Source of the DNA: an uncultured virus (IMG/VR IMGVR_UViG_3300006213_002470) | Taxonomy: Duplodnaviria; Heunggongvirae; Uroviricota; Caudoviricetes | Length of the DNA stretch: 64,000 bases | Virus record (IMG/VR): IMGVR_UViG_3300006213_002470 | Strand: one strand, 5' to 3' | In this document: piece by piece, positions 29,276 to 38,999 of the stretch | Layout of the letters: each line of letters begins with the position of its first letter | How positions within the stretch are numbered: the first letter of the stretch is position 1 | Notes under the pieces: generated by a model | Database searches by the model: none | What the model was told of the DNA's origin: nothing | The model's input: the letters and a program-made list of their open reading frames with translations, nothing else | Translations under genes and position numbers: made by a program

Positions 29276-29505
29276 CAGCCTGCGTAATTGAACATCTCTG
29301 TGATACGCTGCTCCAGTGTCGGCATAACGACATCTCCAAAAAGAGCATACAGTCCGGCAAGCAAAAGAGCACCGATAACGACTGCAATTAGGATTTTCAC
29401 ACCAACGTCCACATAATTCTCGCCTGTCTGATCCTGTATCACGTTCTGAATCTTGTTCCTTGCGGACTGACCTTTGTTTTCAATCTTCTTTAAAATCTTT
29501 TTCAT
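29275..29505 (-). CDS. Flp-type major pilin (DUF6133-like)
   Basis: G-ENYVD cleavage motif, hydrophobic helix, EMFNYAG end; AAGGAGG RBS; first gene of the Tad operon. Confidence 0.8.
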   Translation of the reverse strand: MKKILKKIENKGQSARNKIQNVIQDQTGENYVDVGVKILIAVVIGALLLAGLYALFGDVVMPTLEQRITEMFNYAG

Positions 29506-29539
29506 GGTTATTCCTCCTTAAAATAAATATTTTATACAT

Positions 29540-29573
29540 AAAAAATCGGCAAGCTCATTTGCCTGCCGGTTTT
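29540..29573 (-). terminator. Leader terminator-like hairpin in front of the Tad operon
   Basis: aatcggcaagc / gcctgccggtt stem plus T-run, just upstream of the pilin RBS. Confidence 0.6.
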
Positions 29574-29960
29574 CATGGACTGCAGATATAGTATTTTTTA
29601 ATAATGCGGGTATAATACTCCCCGCAAACTACCTGTCCCCAGGAATTCTTCTCTCATGGACAGCTCGCATTGGCTATCCCCTCGCAATAATAACAGAGGT
29701 AATTATACGAAATATTTTGGGGATTTGCAACTGCTTGATTTAGATATCCAATCCTCTTTCATCATAAACGGTATGTATACATTTTTTTTAATACAACATT
29801 TCCTTTATGAATACTTTTGTCCATTAAATCTATTGATTTTATGGACAAGTTCTTCTGTTATTACTTAGTTCTCGCAGGCCATATTCCGCTCATTTCATTC
29901 TTCTCGGAACTTAATACGCCGAAATATGCGACGCTATAAGGCTTTACGATTTCGCAAAAT

Positions 29961-30379
29961 AAAAAGCACATATGCGAAATCTCTTTCTTGTATGTGCCTA
30001 GCTTTACAAAACTTATTCATCTATTTGTTTTAAATATGTACCCATAGCCATCAATAGGTCTGTTGCATTTCCTTCATCTGAATATGATAAATCCGGAGTT
30101 TCTTCCATACAATATGTCCGATACCTGTCCATAACCTCCAGCATATCTTCACCCTTATCATCCTGGCTATCGCAAGCATTTTTCGTTTGCTGAACTTCTT
30201 TCTCATTTTGAATAGAAATGGCGGCTTGCCTTTCTTTCACAATCGCCAAAGGAATGCTCCCAACCTCCTCAGACGAATCCAGCTCTAAATCTTCCGTGTC
30301 CTGTTTCTCCTTTCTTCCAATCCAAAGTATTCCTCTCTTCTTTTTCTTACTCCCGATATAATATTGATACAGCTCATTC
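29961..30379 (-). repeat. Copy A of a ~420-bp direct repeat: orphan 3' end and terminator of the 35169-36164 gene
   Basis: Encodes NELYQYYIGSKKKKRG...MAMGTYLKQIDE, matching the C-terminus of 35169-36164. Confidence 0.92.
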
Positions 30380-30797
30380 TTTATACTGGCGATAATCCAA
30401 GACTGTTTAACACACCGCCAAGGGACTCTAAGGCGTGGAAAAAGGAATATGATGCAAGGACTTCCGTGGAACATTCCAACAAACGTGAGAAAGAATACTA
30501 TAAATTAGAAAACGGCAGACACCGCTTTACAAAGATGTGGTACTACCGCCTCTACGGCATCATGATGCTCCAACATCTTGATGCCTGGGAAATGCCATCG
30601 ACTGAGACATTTCGGGAATCATTATTAAGTTTAGTCGCTTAATAATGATATCTTACCCTTACACAGAATATTTTTCAAGGCATAGTACCATCTATGTCCA
30701 ATGTTTATGTCTATTTTCTCTCACATTTCTTTTCTGACACAATATTCAGTTGTCAAATCTCAAGTGAAACCTCATTCATTGAGATTCCGAGAAGTTA
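30380..30797 (+). mobile_element. IS remnant: transposase C-terminal fragment (stop at 30642) and probable right end
   Basis: DNPRLF...WKKEYDARTSVEHSNKREKE resembles the YxxRxxxE region of DDE transposases; truncated at the repeat boundary. Confidence 0.6.
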
Positions 30798-30799
30798 TA

Positions 30800-31242
30800 A
30801 ATATCGTTTTCTAATATATTGACATATGGGAAACGATAAACAACCTATCCATCCGATATCAAATAGAACGAAACATCGGTATATGGAATTTCAACTCAAT
30901 CAAAAACTAGCATAGGCATACAAGATATAAATCATTTCCCCATTCATTTAATGAAGTATCAAATGATTGCTCCGGTATCATATACTTATTTATTTTTGTA
31001 TTGAATCACTATCATCATCTAAATTTATATCTTTCTCATCCAAGTCAATATCTTCTTGACTTTCTGATTTACCTATATAAGTTACTTGTGAATTAGTTTC
31101 TTCAATTTTACCCGCATTCTCTGCTACTATATCCTTTAATGCTATTTGTTGCTGATTCGTTTTCCCAATTTCACTTTCCGTTTCCTGGCATCCTGTCAGG
31201 CAAGAAATACATAATAATATTGATAAAATAATATTTTTTCAT
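30800..31242 (-). pseudogene. Frameshifted lipoprotein gene remnant
   Basis: ATG-A6 out of frame with IILSILLCISCLTGC (lipobox)...IPEQSFDTSLNEWG; further decay downstream. Confidence 0.6.
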
Positions 31243-31451
31243 ACTCTATTTTCCTTCCAAACATAGAGTGACACATTTGCATTTCATACCTATTTTATGC
31301 AATGGCATCAATTGAAGCATCCCTCTGCTTTGAGCAACAAAATCCTTGCACAATTTACCATCTGAGCTCGAATAGCTCTAGCCCTGATCTGTACTTCAAA
31401 ATATGAACGGTCGTCAGCACCAAGAGTGATAATGGACGTTTTAGTCGTACA

Positions 31452-32417
31452 TTACTCATTATTGTTTGCTATCTCACTTGATATATCATATATAATGTCT
31501 AACGTTGAATACTTAAGCATCAATTTCTCGGCACTTTTCTGTATTTTGGTTTTATAGAACTCAATTGTTTCTTCTTCAATCAAATCGTTTATAATATCAA
31601 CCTTGATGTATCCTAAATTCTTTTCTTCATAGCAGCGTAGCCAAAATACTTTTTCAGAGTCATCTATTACATTTCCATCAAATTCAAAAAAAGGAACACA
31701 CAAATATTTATTCATGCTGTATTCACTATTTTCTATTTTTATATTTAGCCCTTGTTCAAAAAAGCCAATTATTTCGTATTCAAAATCCTTCCCCAAATAA
31801 TTAAGTTTTATGCTATCTCCTATTGAATAATAAGATTTATAATCATTGCCAAGAATAATAGGAACTTTTTCATTTCTTTTGTACTGAAAATCAGATTCGC
31901 AAAATCCCCTACCCTCTCCTATACAATCAAAAAAATGATTATATGCATTCAGATTTAACTGAAAGCTATTTAATGTTGATATAAAACAGTTTTCTCCATC
32001 AATTTCGATTTCTTGATTCTTGATTGGAACCCCATCATAACATTTCAAAAAACTATCGTCCATATTCCAATAAAACTTCGATTGAAGTGGTTGATTGTAA
32101 ATTTCATAAAATTCAAATTGGTCATTTAAAATCTGATTAAAAGAAATCATTCTCTCTAAAGAATCACGATCTTCAAAAAGAGCTGTCAGCTCATTTGCGT
32201 TGGCATAAGTATCAACAACACCAATTAGTTTTAATTCTTGATGAGTCTCAAAATTTATTTCGTCTGTTTCATCCATACTGTCTTGTGATGAAATAAATTC
32301 CATATTATTTGAGTTATATACAGCCTTATGACCACACCCCGAAAGAAATAACAAAAAAAATAAAAATATCACACAAATAAAATTCTCTCTCTTATTTATC
32401 ATAACATATTTCTCCAT
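31452..32417 (-). CDS. Lipoprotein resembling the extracellular (MacB-like) domain of bacteriocin-type ABC permeases
   Basis: LSGC lipobox; EGRGF...VPIILGNDY...GDSI...YEIIGF. Confidence 0.55.
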   Translation of the reverse strand: MEKYVMINKRENFICVIFLFFLLFLSGCGHKAVYNSNNMEFISSQDSMDETDEINFETHQELKLIGVVDTYANANELTALFEDRDSLERMISFNQILNDQFEFYEIYNQPLQSKFYWNMDDSFLKCYDGVPIKNQEIEIDGENCFISTLNSFQLNLNAYNHFFDCIGEGRGFCESDFQYKRNEKVPIILGNDYKSYYSIGDSIKLNYLGKDFEYEIIGFFEQGLNIKIENSEYSMNKYLCVPFFEFDGNVIDDSEKVFWLRCYEEKNLGYIKVDIINDLIEEETIEFYKTKIQKSAEKLMLKYSTLDIIYDISSEIANNNE

Positions 32418-32451
32418 ACACAATTATTTCTTCCATTATTTTCTATTCAAA

Positions 32452-32482
32452 TTACAACCTTCACCAAAGGTGAAGGTTGTAA
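32452..32482. terminator. Perfect 14-bp stem hairpin
   Basis: ttacaaccttcacc-aaa-ggtgaaggttgtaa. Confidence 0.7.
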
Positions 32483-32512
32483 AAATTCAAAGTAATGAGC
32501 TTTTGAAATATT

Positions 32513-32971
32513 TTAGTTGTCGCCCCAAAATACTTTTCCATACGAATCGGTCCAATGAAGTGCTCCTAAAACATCATCTGTTTCAGCACTTACAAGACCA
32601 TATCCATATTCTGTTTTTTTTGCTACGGGATTAGTTTTTGACGTGCGTCTATATTCCGTTCTTGTATAATGATAAGCATCAGCACCAGAAGCAGTTTCCA
32701 CGTCTGTATATCCGCTTGCAAAACAAGCATCGCCAGCACCAGAATATTCTAACCAAACATCACTTGCTACCAACTTATTGCCCGATGCTCTTCCTGTCCT
32801 TGTTCCTTCATATATGGCAACTGAATCACTTCTAGCGTTGCTCTCTTCTATCCACTTCGCAATTTCCTTTTCACTAATTGTTTCTGCTGCTTTTACATTA
32901 ACGGAAAAACTTCCTGCTGTACACACCGCCAAAGTTAACGCCATCACCAATTTATTTATTTTTCTACACAT
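32513..32971 (-). CDS. Small secreted protein (possibly bacteriocin-like)
   Basis: Signal peptide ending VNVKA; YHYTRTEY...YGYGLVSAET; AAGGAG RBS. Confidence 0.65.
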   Translation of the reverse strand: MCRKINKLVMALTLAVCTAGSFSVNVKAAETISEKEIAKWIEESNARSDSVAIYEGTRTGRASGNKLVASDVWLEYSGAGDACFASGYTDVETASGADAYHYTRTEYRRTSKTNPVAKKTEYGYGLVSAETDDVLGALHWTDSYGKVFWGDN

Positions 32972-33297
32972 CTATTTCTCTCTCCTTTTTTAATTCGATA
33001 TTTTCAAATTTTACTTTTTGCTGTATAATAATTATGTACTTATCCGGCTTTCTATCAGATAGTTCGCTCAAAAACTTGAATTGATAGAAAGCCCTTTAAA
33101 ATTGGTGGACTATTTTCCATATACGTTTACCTCCATTTCGACCAGATCTAGTATAACCATCATTAATTAACTGGACACTTTGATTAATTGTATTTCAACC
33201 ACTACCTCTACACTTGAATCAATCTCTTTTATTTATGACTTACAAATTAGCAATTGGCTGTAATTAGTTTTTCTTTTAAAATGTATCCTATAGATGC

Positions 33298-33695
33298 CTA
33301 TATATAATAAGCACTACTTATGTAACCAGAGATTGTTTTCCCAGAGTATACGTCAGTTCCCGTCACATACACCCATTCGTTAGTGACATCACTCGGTTGA
33401 GGATAAGGGAGGTCAATGAGTGATCCATTTGCGAAACTTCCAATAATGGAATAATTTGTTCCTGGTCCACTTCTTACATTAAGATTATCCCCTCTCGTAT
33501 ATACACGATACTGAGTTCTCATAACTCCCTGTGCTGCATCTGTCGATACACTAATAAATTCCAACCCCCCTCCTTCAACTATAATCTGTTGAGGAATTTC
33601 GGTAACAACCTCTTGTTTTGCCGCTGCATAACACACCTGCGAACCCATCAAAACAAACAACATTGATACTGCTAAAACTCTAAATATTTTTTCAT
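33298..33695 (-). pseudogene. Secreted bacterial SH3-domain protein, frameshifted in the A-run after the start codon (in-frame ATG at 33663)
   Basis: NLNVRSGPGTNYSIIG...WVYV...GYISSAY; one extra A restores MKKIFRVLAVSMLF. Confidence 0.65.
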
Positions 33696-34316
33696 ATCAT
33701 TTCATTGCTTTCTACTTAAATTTTCAAAGACCCTATCCCCATCCTGCAAAAAACTAATTCCTCCATTGCCTACACTAAATCCCCGATTAATAGTAACTCT
33801 CATATTCTCAAAGGCTATCCCCATTCCCCCTAACACTACTTCGACACAGACTCACTTATCATCCTTGTTTATCCCTTTACCTGATAACAACGGTTTTCTT
33901 GGCTTACAGCTGCTATTTTAACTATGATATACCATTTTGGTTAATGTATTTCTTCCATGTAGAAATTAGTAGAATTCTTGTAATTTTTACATATATGACA
34001 TTCTTATCATCTTGAATATCTTTATTTCAAAATTTATTAAGAAACTTGCCCTTATACTTTTCACATTAGTTTCCAAGTTACTTTATCATAATCATTTTCT
34101 AAAAATATCCCAAAATTATGTTTACACTTTAAGGATTTTTCCCTTTTTTATCATATGTAAGCTTACAAACAACAATTGAAAGGTGGTATTTTATATGGAT
34201 TCAAAAGTATTAAAAAGTGTTTATATATCCCAATACTACAAATACGGTAAACAAAGAAATTGACACAAGTAATCTTTCATAATTCTTGCTTTTCTTTTCT
34301 ATTGCAACAGAATTCT

Positions 34317-34901
34317 TTATGCAACAATTCGTATAGATATCCAAAGTTGTACCATCGAAATATATTTGTCATCAGCTGCCCTTTTAAAATTCATCTCTTT
34401 ATTCCATAATGACATTCTATAATGTCCATTTGATTTAAGTGTAATGTAAGATAAGCCCAACGTTGATAATCCAAATAGCACTAGCCCTATCAGAATAATC
34501 ACTACAATAATGCGATAAGCCATATGAGTCTTTGAATCAAACATAATATGTATATTACTTAAGGGTATATTTGACTGCACGAGCGCCGATACCAGAACAC
34601 CCCACAAAGCTAACACCAAACCTACTCTTGTTTCTATGCTCTGTTTTATATCATATAGCGTCTTGCTTTCGCTTATTGTGATATCAAGCAGCCTCTCGAT
34701 GTTAGTATTTTCTAATCCCTTTTCATGCAATTTACGAAATGCATACCTTTCTATTTCTATGTTTTTCTGCGCTTTGTCTTTGTCGTAATTATTGCCGTAA
34801 TCATTAGTATATTTATTAAATATGTCCTCTAACTCAGGTTTCTCTTTTCTATCTGCTGAGTTCTTTTCAAAATCATTCACTTCCTTTACTACCTTCTTCA
34901 A
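34317..34901 (-). CDS. Membrane protein with 2 TMs, apparently frameshifted before a third TM
   Basis: IETRVGLVLALWGVLVS and IIVVIILIGLVLFGLS; other frames downstream give DIYTNCCIKNSVAIEKKA and LLVSISLFTVFVVLG. Confidence 0.5.
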   Translation of the reverse strand: MKKVVKEVNDFEKNSADRKEKPELEDIFNKYTNDYGNNYDKDKAQKNIEIERYAFRKLHEKGLENTNIERLLDITISESKTLYDIKQSIETRVGLVLALWGVLVSALVQSNIPLSNIHIMFDSKTHMAYRIIVVIILIGLVLFGLSTLGLSYITLKSNGHYRMSLWNKEMNFKRAADDKYISMVQLWISIRIVA

Positions 34902-35083
34902 ATATTATGTCAATTATAGCAAAGAAACTCCAACTCATATTTTTTATAATTGTAATTCAGTATTTTGCTTATTGCCATTTTATTTATTAATAAATACATC
35001 TATATAATAAACAATTTGCACTAATTATAAAATATAGTTATATTGTACATCCAATGCTTAAGTATATAAATAGCTATAACTCA

Positions 35084-35112
35084 ATGTACATATTTTTAGC
35101 GCGAGGTACATA
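35084..35112 (-). promoter_or_regulatory. LytTR-type direct repeat
   Basis: atgtacata-N11-aggtacata, 20-bp period, directly after the terminator of 35169-36164. Confidence 0.55.
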
Positions 35113-35116
35113 TATT

Positions 35117-35535
35117 AAAAATGCACATACTTGAAACCTCTTTCCTGTATGTGCCTATCCTTGAAAACTTATTTATCTATTTCTTTTAAATAGGTACCCA
35201 TAGCCATCATTAGGTCGGTTGTATTTCCCTCATCTGAATATGGTAAATCCAGAGTTTCTTCCATGTAATATCTGCGATACCTGTCCATAACCTCCAGCAT
35301 ATCTTCACCCTTATCGTCCTGGCTATCGCAAACATTTTTCGTTTGCTGAACTTCTTTCTCATCTTGAATAGAAATGGCGGCTTGCCTTTCTTTCACAATC
35401 GCCAAAGGAATGCTCCCAACCTCCTCAGACGAATCCAGCTCTAAATCTTCCGTGTCCTGTTTCTCCTTTCTTCCAATCCAAAGTATTCCTCTCTTCTTTT
35501 TCTTACTCCCGATATAATATTGATACAGCTCATTC
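35117..35535 (-). repeat. Copy B of the ~420-bp direct repeat
   Basis: Aligns to 29961-30379; identical over the last ~170 bp and diverged towards the stop codon. Confidence 0.92.
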
Positions 35536-36164
35536 CCCTGCAGCATACGGGTTACAGATCCTGGCAGACTTGCCGCCAACGCCCTGTTTTCTTTTGCGCT
35601 TAGCCGGGAAACCGCAAAACGATACTTCTGATCCACGTCCTCTGCAAGCATTCCGGTTTCCACAAACTCCAAATATGAGTTTAAGCATTCTGTATTTACC
35701 ACATTATTCGCTTTCTCCATGTCGCGGGCAGTTTCAATTCCATAGTACTTTCTGGCATCTGCGTTTGTCCTATTCTTTTTCAGCAGCACCATAATTTTTT
35801 TGGTATCTACCTCATCCAAGAACAAAGCATCATATATTCCGCAGGCATACAGCATTTTGATATAGTCATCCCCATAATGCGTCCTATCCAAAAGGAAAAT
35901 AATCCTGTTTCCCCCTATATCCGTAAGATGCATCAGCTCCTCTTTCTCATACGGATTGCCACCCTGAAGATTTTCCTCCAAAATCAGCAATAAGTCATCT
36001 GCCTGTTCTTTCGCATACTGATACACACCTTCCTTGCGGTACCGGCATACAGTCTGCAGATCTTTACCCTTCTGACCCAGTTCCCGTTCTAAAGGCTCCC
36101 TCAGCTTCTCGCTGGTTTCCAGAGATAGTCCATATAAAATTTTAATTTCTGAATCCATTCCCAT
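35169..36164 (-). CDS. Hypothetical protein with a degenerate receiver-like N-terminus
   Basis: LLLILEENL, RIIFLL, LYACGIYDALF, RTNADARKYYGI. Confidence 0.7.
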   Translation of the reverse strand: MGMDSEIKILYGLSLETSEKLREPLERELGQKGKDLQTVCRYRKEGVYQYAKEQADDLLLILEENLQGGNPYEKEELMHLTDIGGNRIIFLLDRTHYGDDYIKMLYACGIYDALFLDEVDTKKIMVLLKKNRTNADARKYYGIETARDMEKANNVVNTECLNSYLEFVETGMLAEDVDQKYRFAVSRLSAKENRALAASLPGSVTRMLQGNELYQYYIGSKKKKRGILWIGRKEKQDTEDLELDSSEEVGSIPLAIVKERQAAISIQDEKEVQQTKNVCDSQDDKGEDMLEVMDRYRRYYMEETLDLPYSDEGNTTDLMMAMGTYLKEIDK

Positions 36165-36178
36165 AACACATCCCTTCC

Positions 36179-36556
36179 CTATTCAATGTAATCATCGGGA
36201 TACAGACTGTCGGGCGGCGTGTGGACATTGACCGGCAGAATAACTTTTCTGTTTTCTGTAATATAAGGCTGCATAATATCAATTCCTTTTCCCTTGGCTA
36301 CAATGGACTCGGTATATTCCGCAACTGCCTTGACATCCTCCTCATCCATGTCAGACAGCATTTGCACTAAAACTGTTGCGCTTTTCTTTTTCAGTTTCAT
36401 ACTTTTAGCTATGTCCGATATACTTCTTAGCCATCTTTCCTTTTGAGAAAACAGCACTCCCCTGTCAACATTTTCAACAAGCACCGCTTTGGCGGCATCC
36501 CTCAAAATCTGGCACTCCCGATATTGTATTTCGATCCTGTTATCAACATATCTCAT
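36179..36556 (-). CDS. Hypothetical protein
   Basis: GAAAGG RBS before ATG 36556; SigA promoter upstream. Confidence 0.65.
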   Translation of the reverse strand: MRYVDNRIEIQYRECQILRDAAKAVLVENVDRGVLFSQKERWLRSISDIAKSMKLKKKSATVLVQMLSDMDEEDVKAVAEYTESIVAKGKGIDIMQPYITENRKVILPVNVHTPPDSLYPDDYIE

Positions 36557-36584
36557 GGTATTTTTCCTTTCCCTGTTTTTCTTC

Positions 36585-36614
36585 ATTTTAGCGTGCATAT
36601 ACGGAAAGTGTCAA
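36585..36614 (-). promoter_or_regulatory. SigA-type promoter
   Basis: TTGACA-N18-TAAAAT on the minus strand. Confidence 0.6.
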
Positions 36615-36858
36615 AATTCTACGTGATTTTTTTATTTTACCTTGTTTTCTTTTTCCCTGCAATCTGCGGCATGAGAACGCTTTATACAAAAAGTCTTGTT
36701 TTTGAATACTATTTCCCCAAAAATGCAGAATTGTAAACATTTCCTCTGAAAAGCTACGATTCAGCTTTATTGCGACTTTCTCGTTGTTTGTGGTTGTTGC
36801 GGCGGTCCGGTATTTCAATTACGCTAGACCTATATGCTAATCATAAAGGAGGACTTAT

Positions 36859-38733
36859 ATGCATAAAAAAGAATACCTTCCTGCCTGTTACCGATATATC
36901 AAGGAAGATAACCGCAGTCATATATTATTCACACTCGCAACTAAAAATACAAAAAATAATACTGTATCTGCTGCAGAATTTCATTCCCTCCTGTGTGCCG
37001 CAGAATTGTCATCCATAGAGGAACCACTTCCGGAGCTGATGGAGGAAGTATCCTGTTTTACTATTGTATCAAATTACAAGTGCGGCTTTATTTGCGGCTT
37101 ATGCCCCTATTCTTCCCGGTATAAGAACAGATTTGCGTCTGAGGAAGAAATACTTTTGGCATACAGCCTGAAAAACTACCACAGCTTCCAGAACTTAAAG
37201 AAGCAAGGCTTGAACCCTAATATCTTCCAGTCACTTTTTCTTTTAAACGAATTTCCTTCCGGAAAGATTGTCGCAACCCTGCCATTACTAAAACTTGCAT
37301 ACAATTATATAGAGCATACCGCGAAACCAAACACGGATTTCGGAAAATACCCGACTGCCATTGCCGAGGCGTTGGATCAGAACAACCATGAAAAGCTTTT
37401 ACCGCAGAATATACAGGCCATACGAGAATTTCTTTCCAGGCTGCAGCATGAATTCAAGAATACCAAAGAGAATGATATACAACGGATTTTAGATATGTGT
37501 CTTAATCCATCTTCTGTTGCGAAGCCTTCTTCTCCTCCACCTGCAAAAAAGGAAGATACCGCACCTCGGAAATCGACTGTACCTGACAATAAACCATCTG
37601 TAGAGTGCCTGTCAGGACTGCTTCAGAATACGGAACAAAAAAAGGGTACGGAAAAGGCACTAAATGATAAACCCGTAATCTCAGAAACCAACATATTACA
37701 GCTTCATACATCCATAGTCGCAAAGCCAGCTAAAAGCGACGAGAAATCTCATTCAAAGGAAATAATAGAAGATTCAAACCTGTATCTCCCTCTCTCCTTT
37801 TCCGTAAAAGATACGGAGAATACAGGATATCCTTTTAGCATTTTGGACGGATGCCCAGGCGAACTTCATCAGTTTGAAGCATTTTTGTTGTACAATCCTA
37901 TTGTGGGAGTGGAATTGGTTACGGATGACGAAACCAGCGAAGATATGTTTTTGTTCTGCGCATCAAATTCATTTTACTATGTTCCTGTAAGAAATCCGAT
38001 CATTTTGCCGCTGCTCCGCACATATTTTTCCAAAAGCAGCGTCCGGCGGCAGGTCTGTCTGGAGCCATACAGACTGTATTATAGCTTCAGACAGCAGAAG
38101 CTTCCTTATGAAAACATCTATTCTTTAAGAACTTCCTATAAGGTATTAGCAGACGTTCAAGGAAAATGCGGGATAAGGCCCCTAGCAGGTATGGTAAAGG
38201 ATCTTGCATCAAGGGAAAACCGGTACAATCTCCCTCCGCATATTTTTTCTATGCTACATTATACTAAAATGTATGAAGTGCTGGAAAATAATCCCTTGAT
38301 GCATGATGCAAAGATAAGGAATGAATTTGAGATACTTTCCGGGATTGATTCACTGATGGGCATTGGATACGAATTAAAAGATGTTGCAGATTCCTCCGCC
38401 TCTCTATTTACCAGAAATCAAAGAGGGGAAATCTGTTTCTCCTACCAGCCGGATATGATTATGAAAAAAGGGATATGCTCCGTTACTTTCACTCTGACCG
38501 CGCCCGGACCATTAAATGGTCTTGTGTCAAACCTACTTTACCGTTTTGCAAAACAGCATTTAGCAGAATATTTCGGATACCGGATGCTGCGCTTTACTTC
38601 CGACTCGTTTACGATTGCTACTACGGAAGATAATTATGCTCAGTTATGTGAGATTGTAGCAAATTTATCTACGTATCTCGCGGAAAAGCAAGGACTTCTA
38701 CCTTTGACAATCAAAGAGAAGAGACACATGTAA
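36859..38733 (+). CDS. Hypothetical protein; Cys cluster at N-terminus, C-terminal half resembles a degenerate family A polymerase
   Basis: AAGGAGG RBS; SCFTI...CGFICGLCPY; YRMLRFTSDSFTI...LPLTI resembles the PolA motif C region. ORF is solid, product is tentative. Confidence 0.6.
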   Translation: MHKKEYLPACYRYIKEDNRSHILFTLATKNTKNNTVSAAEFHSLLCAAELSSIEEPLPELMEEVSCFTIVSNYKCGFICGLCPYSSRYKNRFASEEEILLAYSLKNYHSFQNLKKQGLNPNIFQSLFLLNEFPSGKIVATLPLLKLAYNYIEHTAKPNTDFGKYPTAIAEALDQNNHEKLLPQNIQAIREFLSRLQHEFKNTKENDIQRILDMCLNPSSVAKPSSPPPAKKEDTAPRKSTVPDNKPSVECLSGLLQNTEQKKGTEKALNDKPVISETNILQLHTSIVAKPAKSDEKSHSKEIIEDSNLYLPLSFSVKDTENTGYPFSILDGCPGELHQFEAFLLYNPIVGVELVTDDETSEDMFLFCASNSFYYVPVRNPIILPLLRTYFSKSSVRRQVCLEPYRLYYSFRQQKLPYENIYSLRTSYKVLADVQGKCGIRPLAGMVKDLASRENRYNLPPHIFSMLHYTKMYEVLENNPLMHDAKIRNEFEILSGIDSLMGIGYELKDVADSSASLFTRNQRGEICFSYQPDMIMKKGICSVTFTLTAPGPLNGLVSNLLYRFAKQHLAEYFGYRMLRFTSDSFTIATTEDNYAQLCEIVANLSTYLAEKQGLLPLTIKEKRHM

Positions 38734-38768
38734 CTCATGAATTAGTATTTACCCTCATTCTTTATAAC

Positions 38769-38800
38769 AAAAAAAACGGGGCTGTTCATTTGAACAGCCC
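38769..38800. terminator. Terminator between convergent genes
   Basis: gggctgttca-tt-tgaacagccc with an adjacent A-run. Confidence 0.75.
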
Positions 38801-38999
38801 ATTCTCTTATATAATAAAACAATTTATGCTATATTATACTATAAATGAACAAATTCCAATTTATGTATAAAACTATTCGGCACGCAAAGACAAAAATAAA
38901 GCCTTTCACTTATTTTAATCGCATACTAAAAAACACAATGTGTTTGTACAACTTCTCAGATTTGCTCATTTATAGTTTAACTAACTATTATGTGTTCTA

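Noticed and set aside
29900..30794. cttctcggaa / ttccgagaag as paired IS ends capturing repeat copy A
   Set aside because: Only a 10-bp match and no target duplication found; cannot be distinguished from chance or remnants
34317..34901. Pycsar/CBASS-type transmembrane effector
   Set aside because: Only a generic TM pattern, apparently frameshifted, and no cyclase gene nearby
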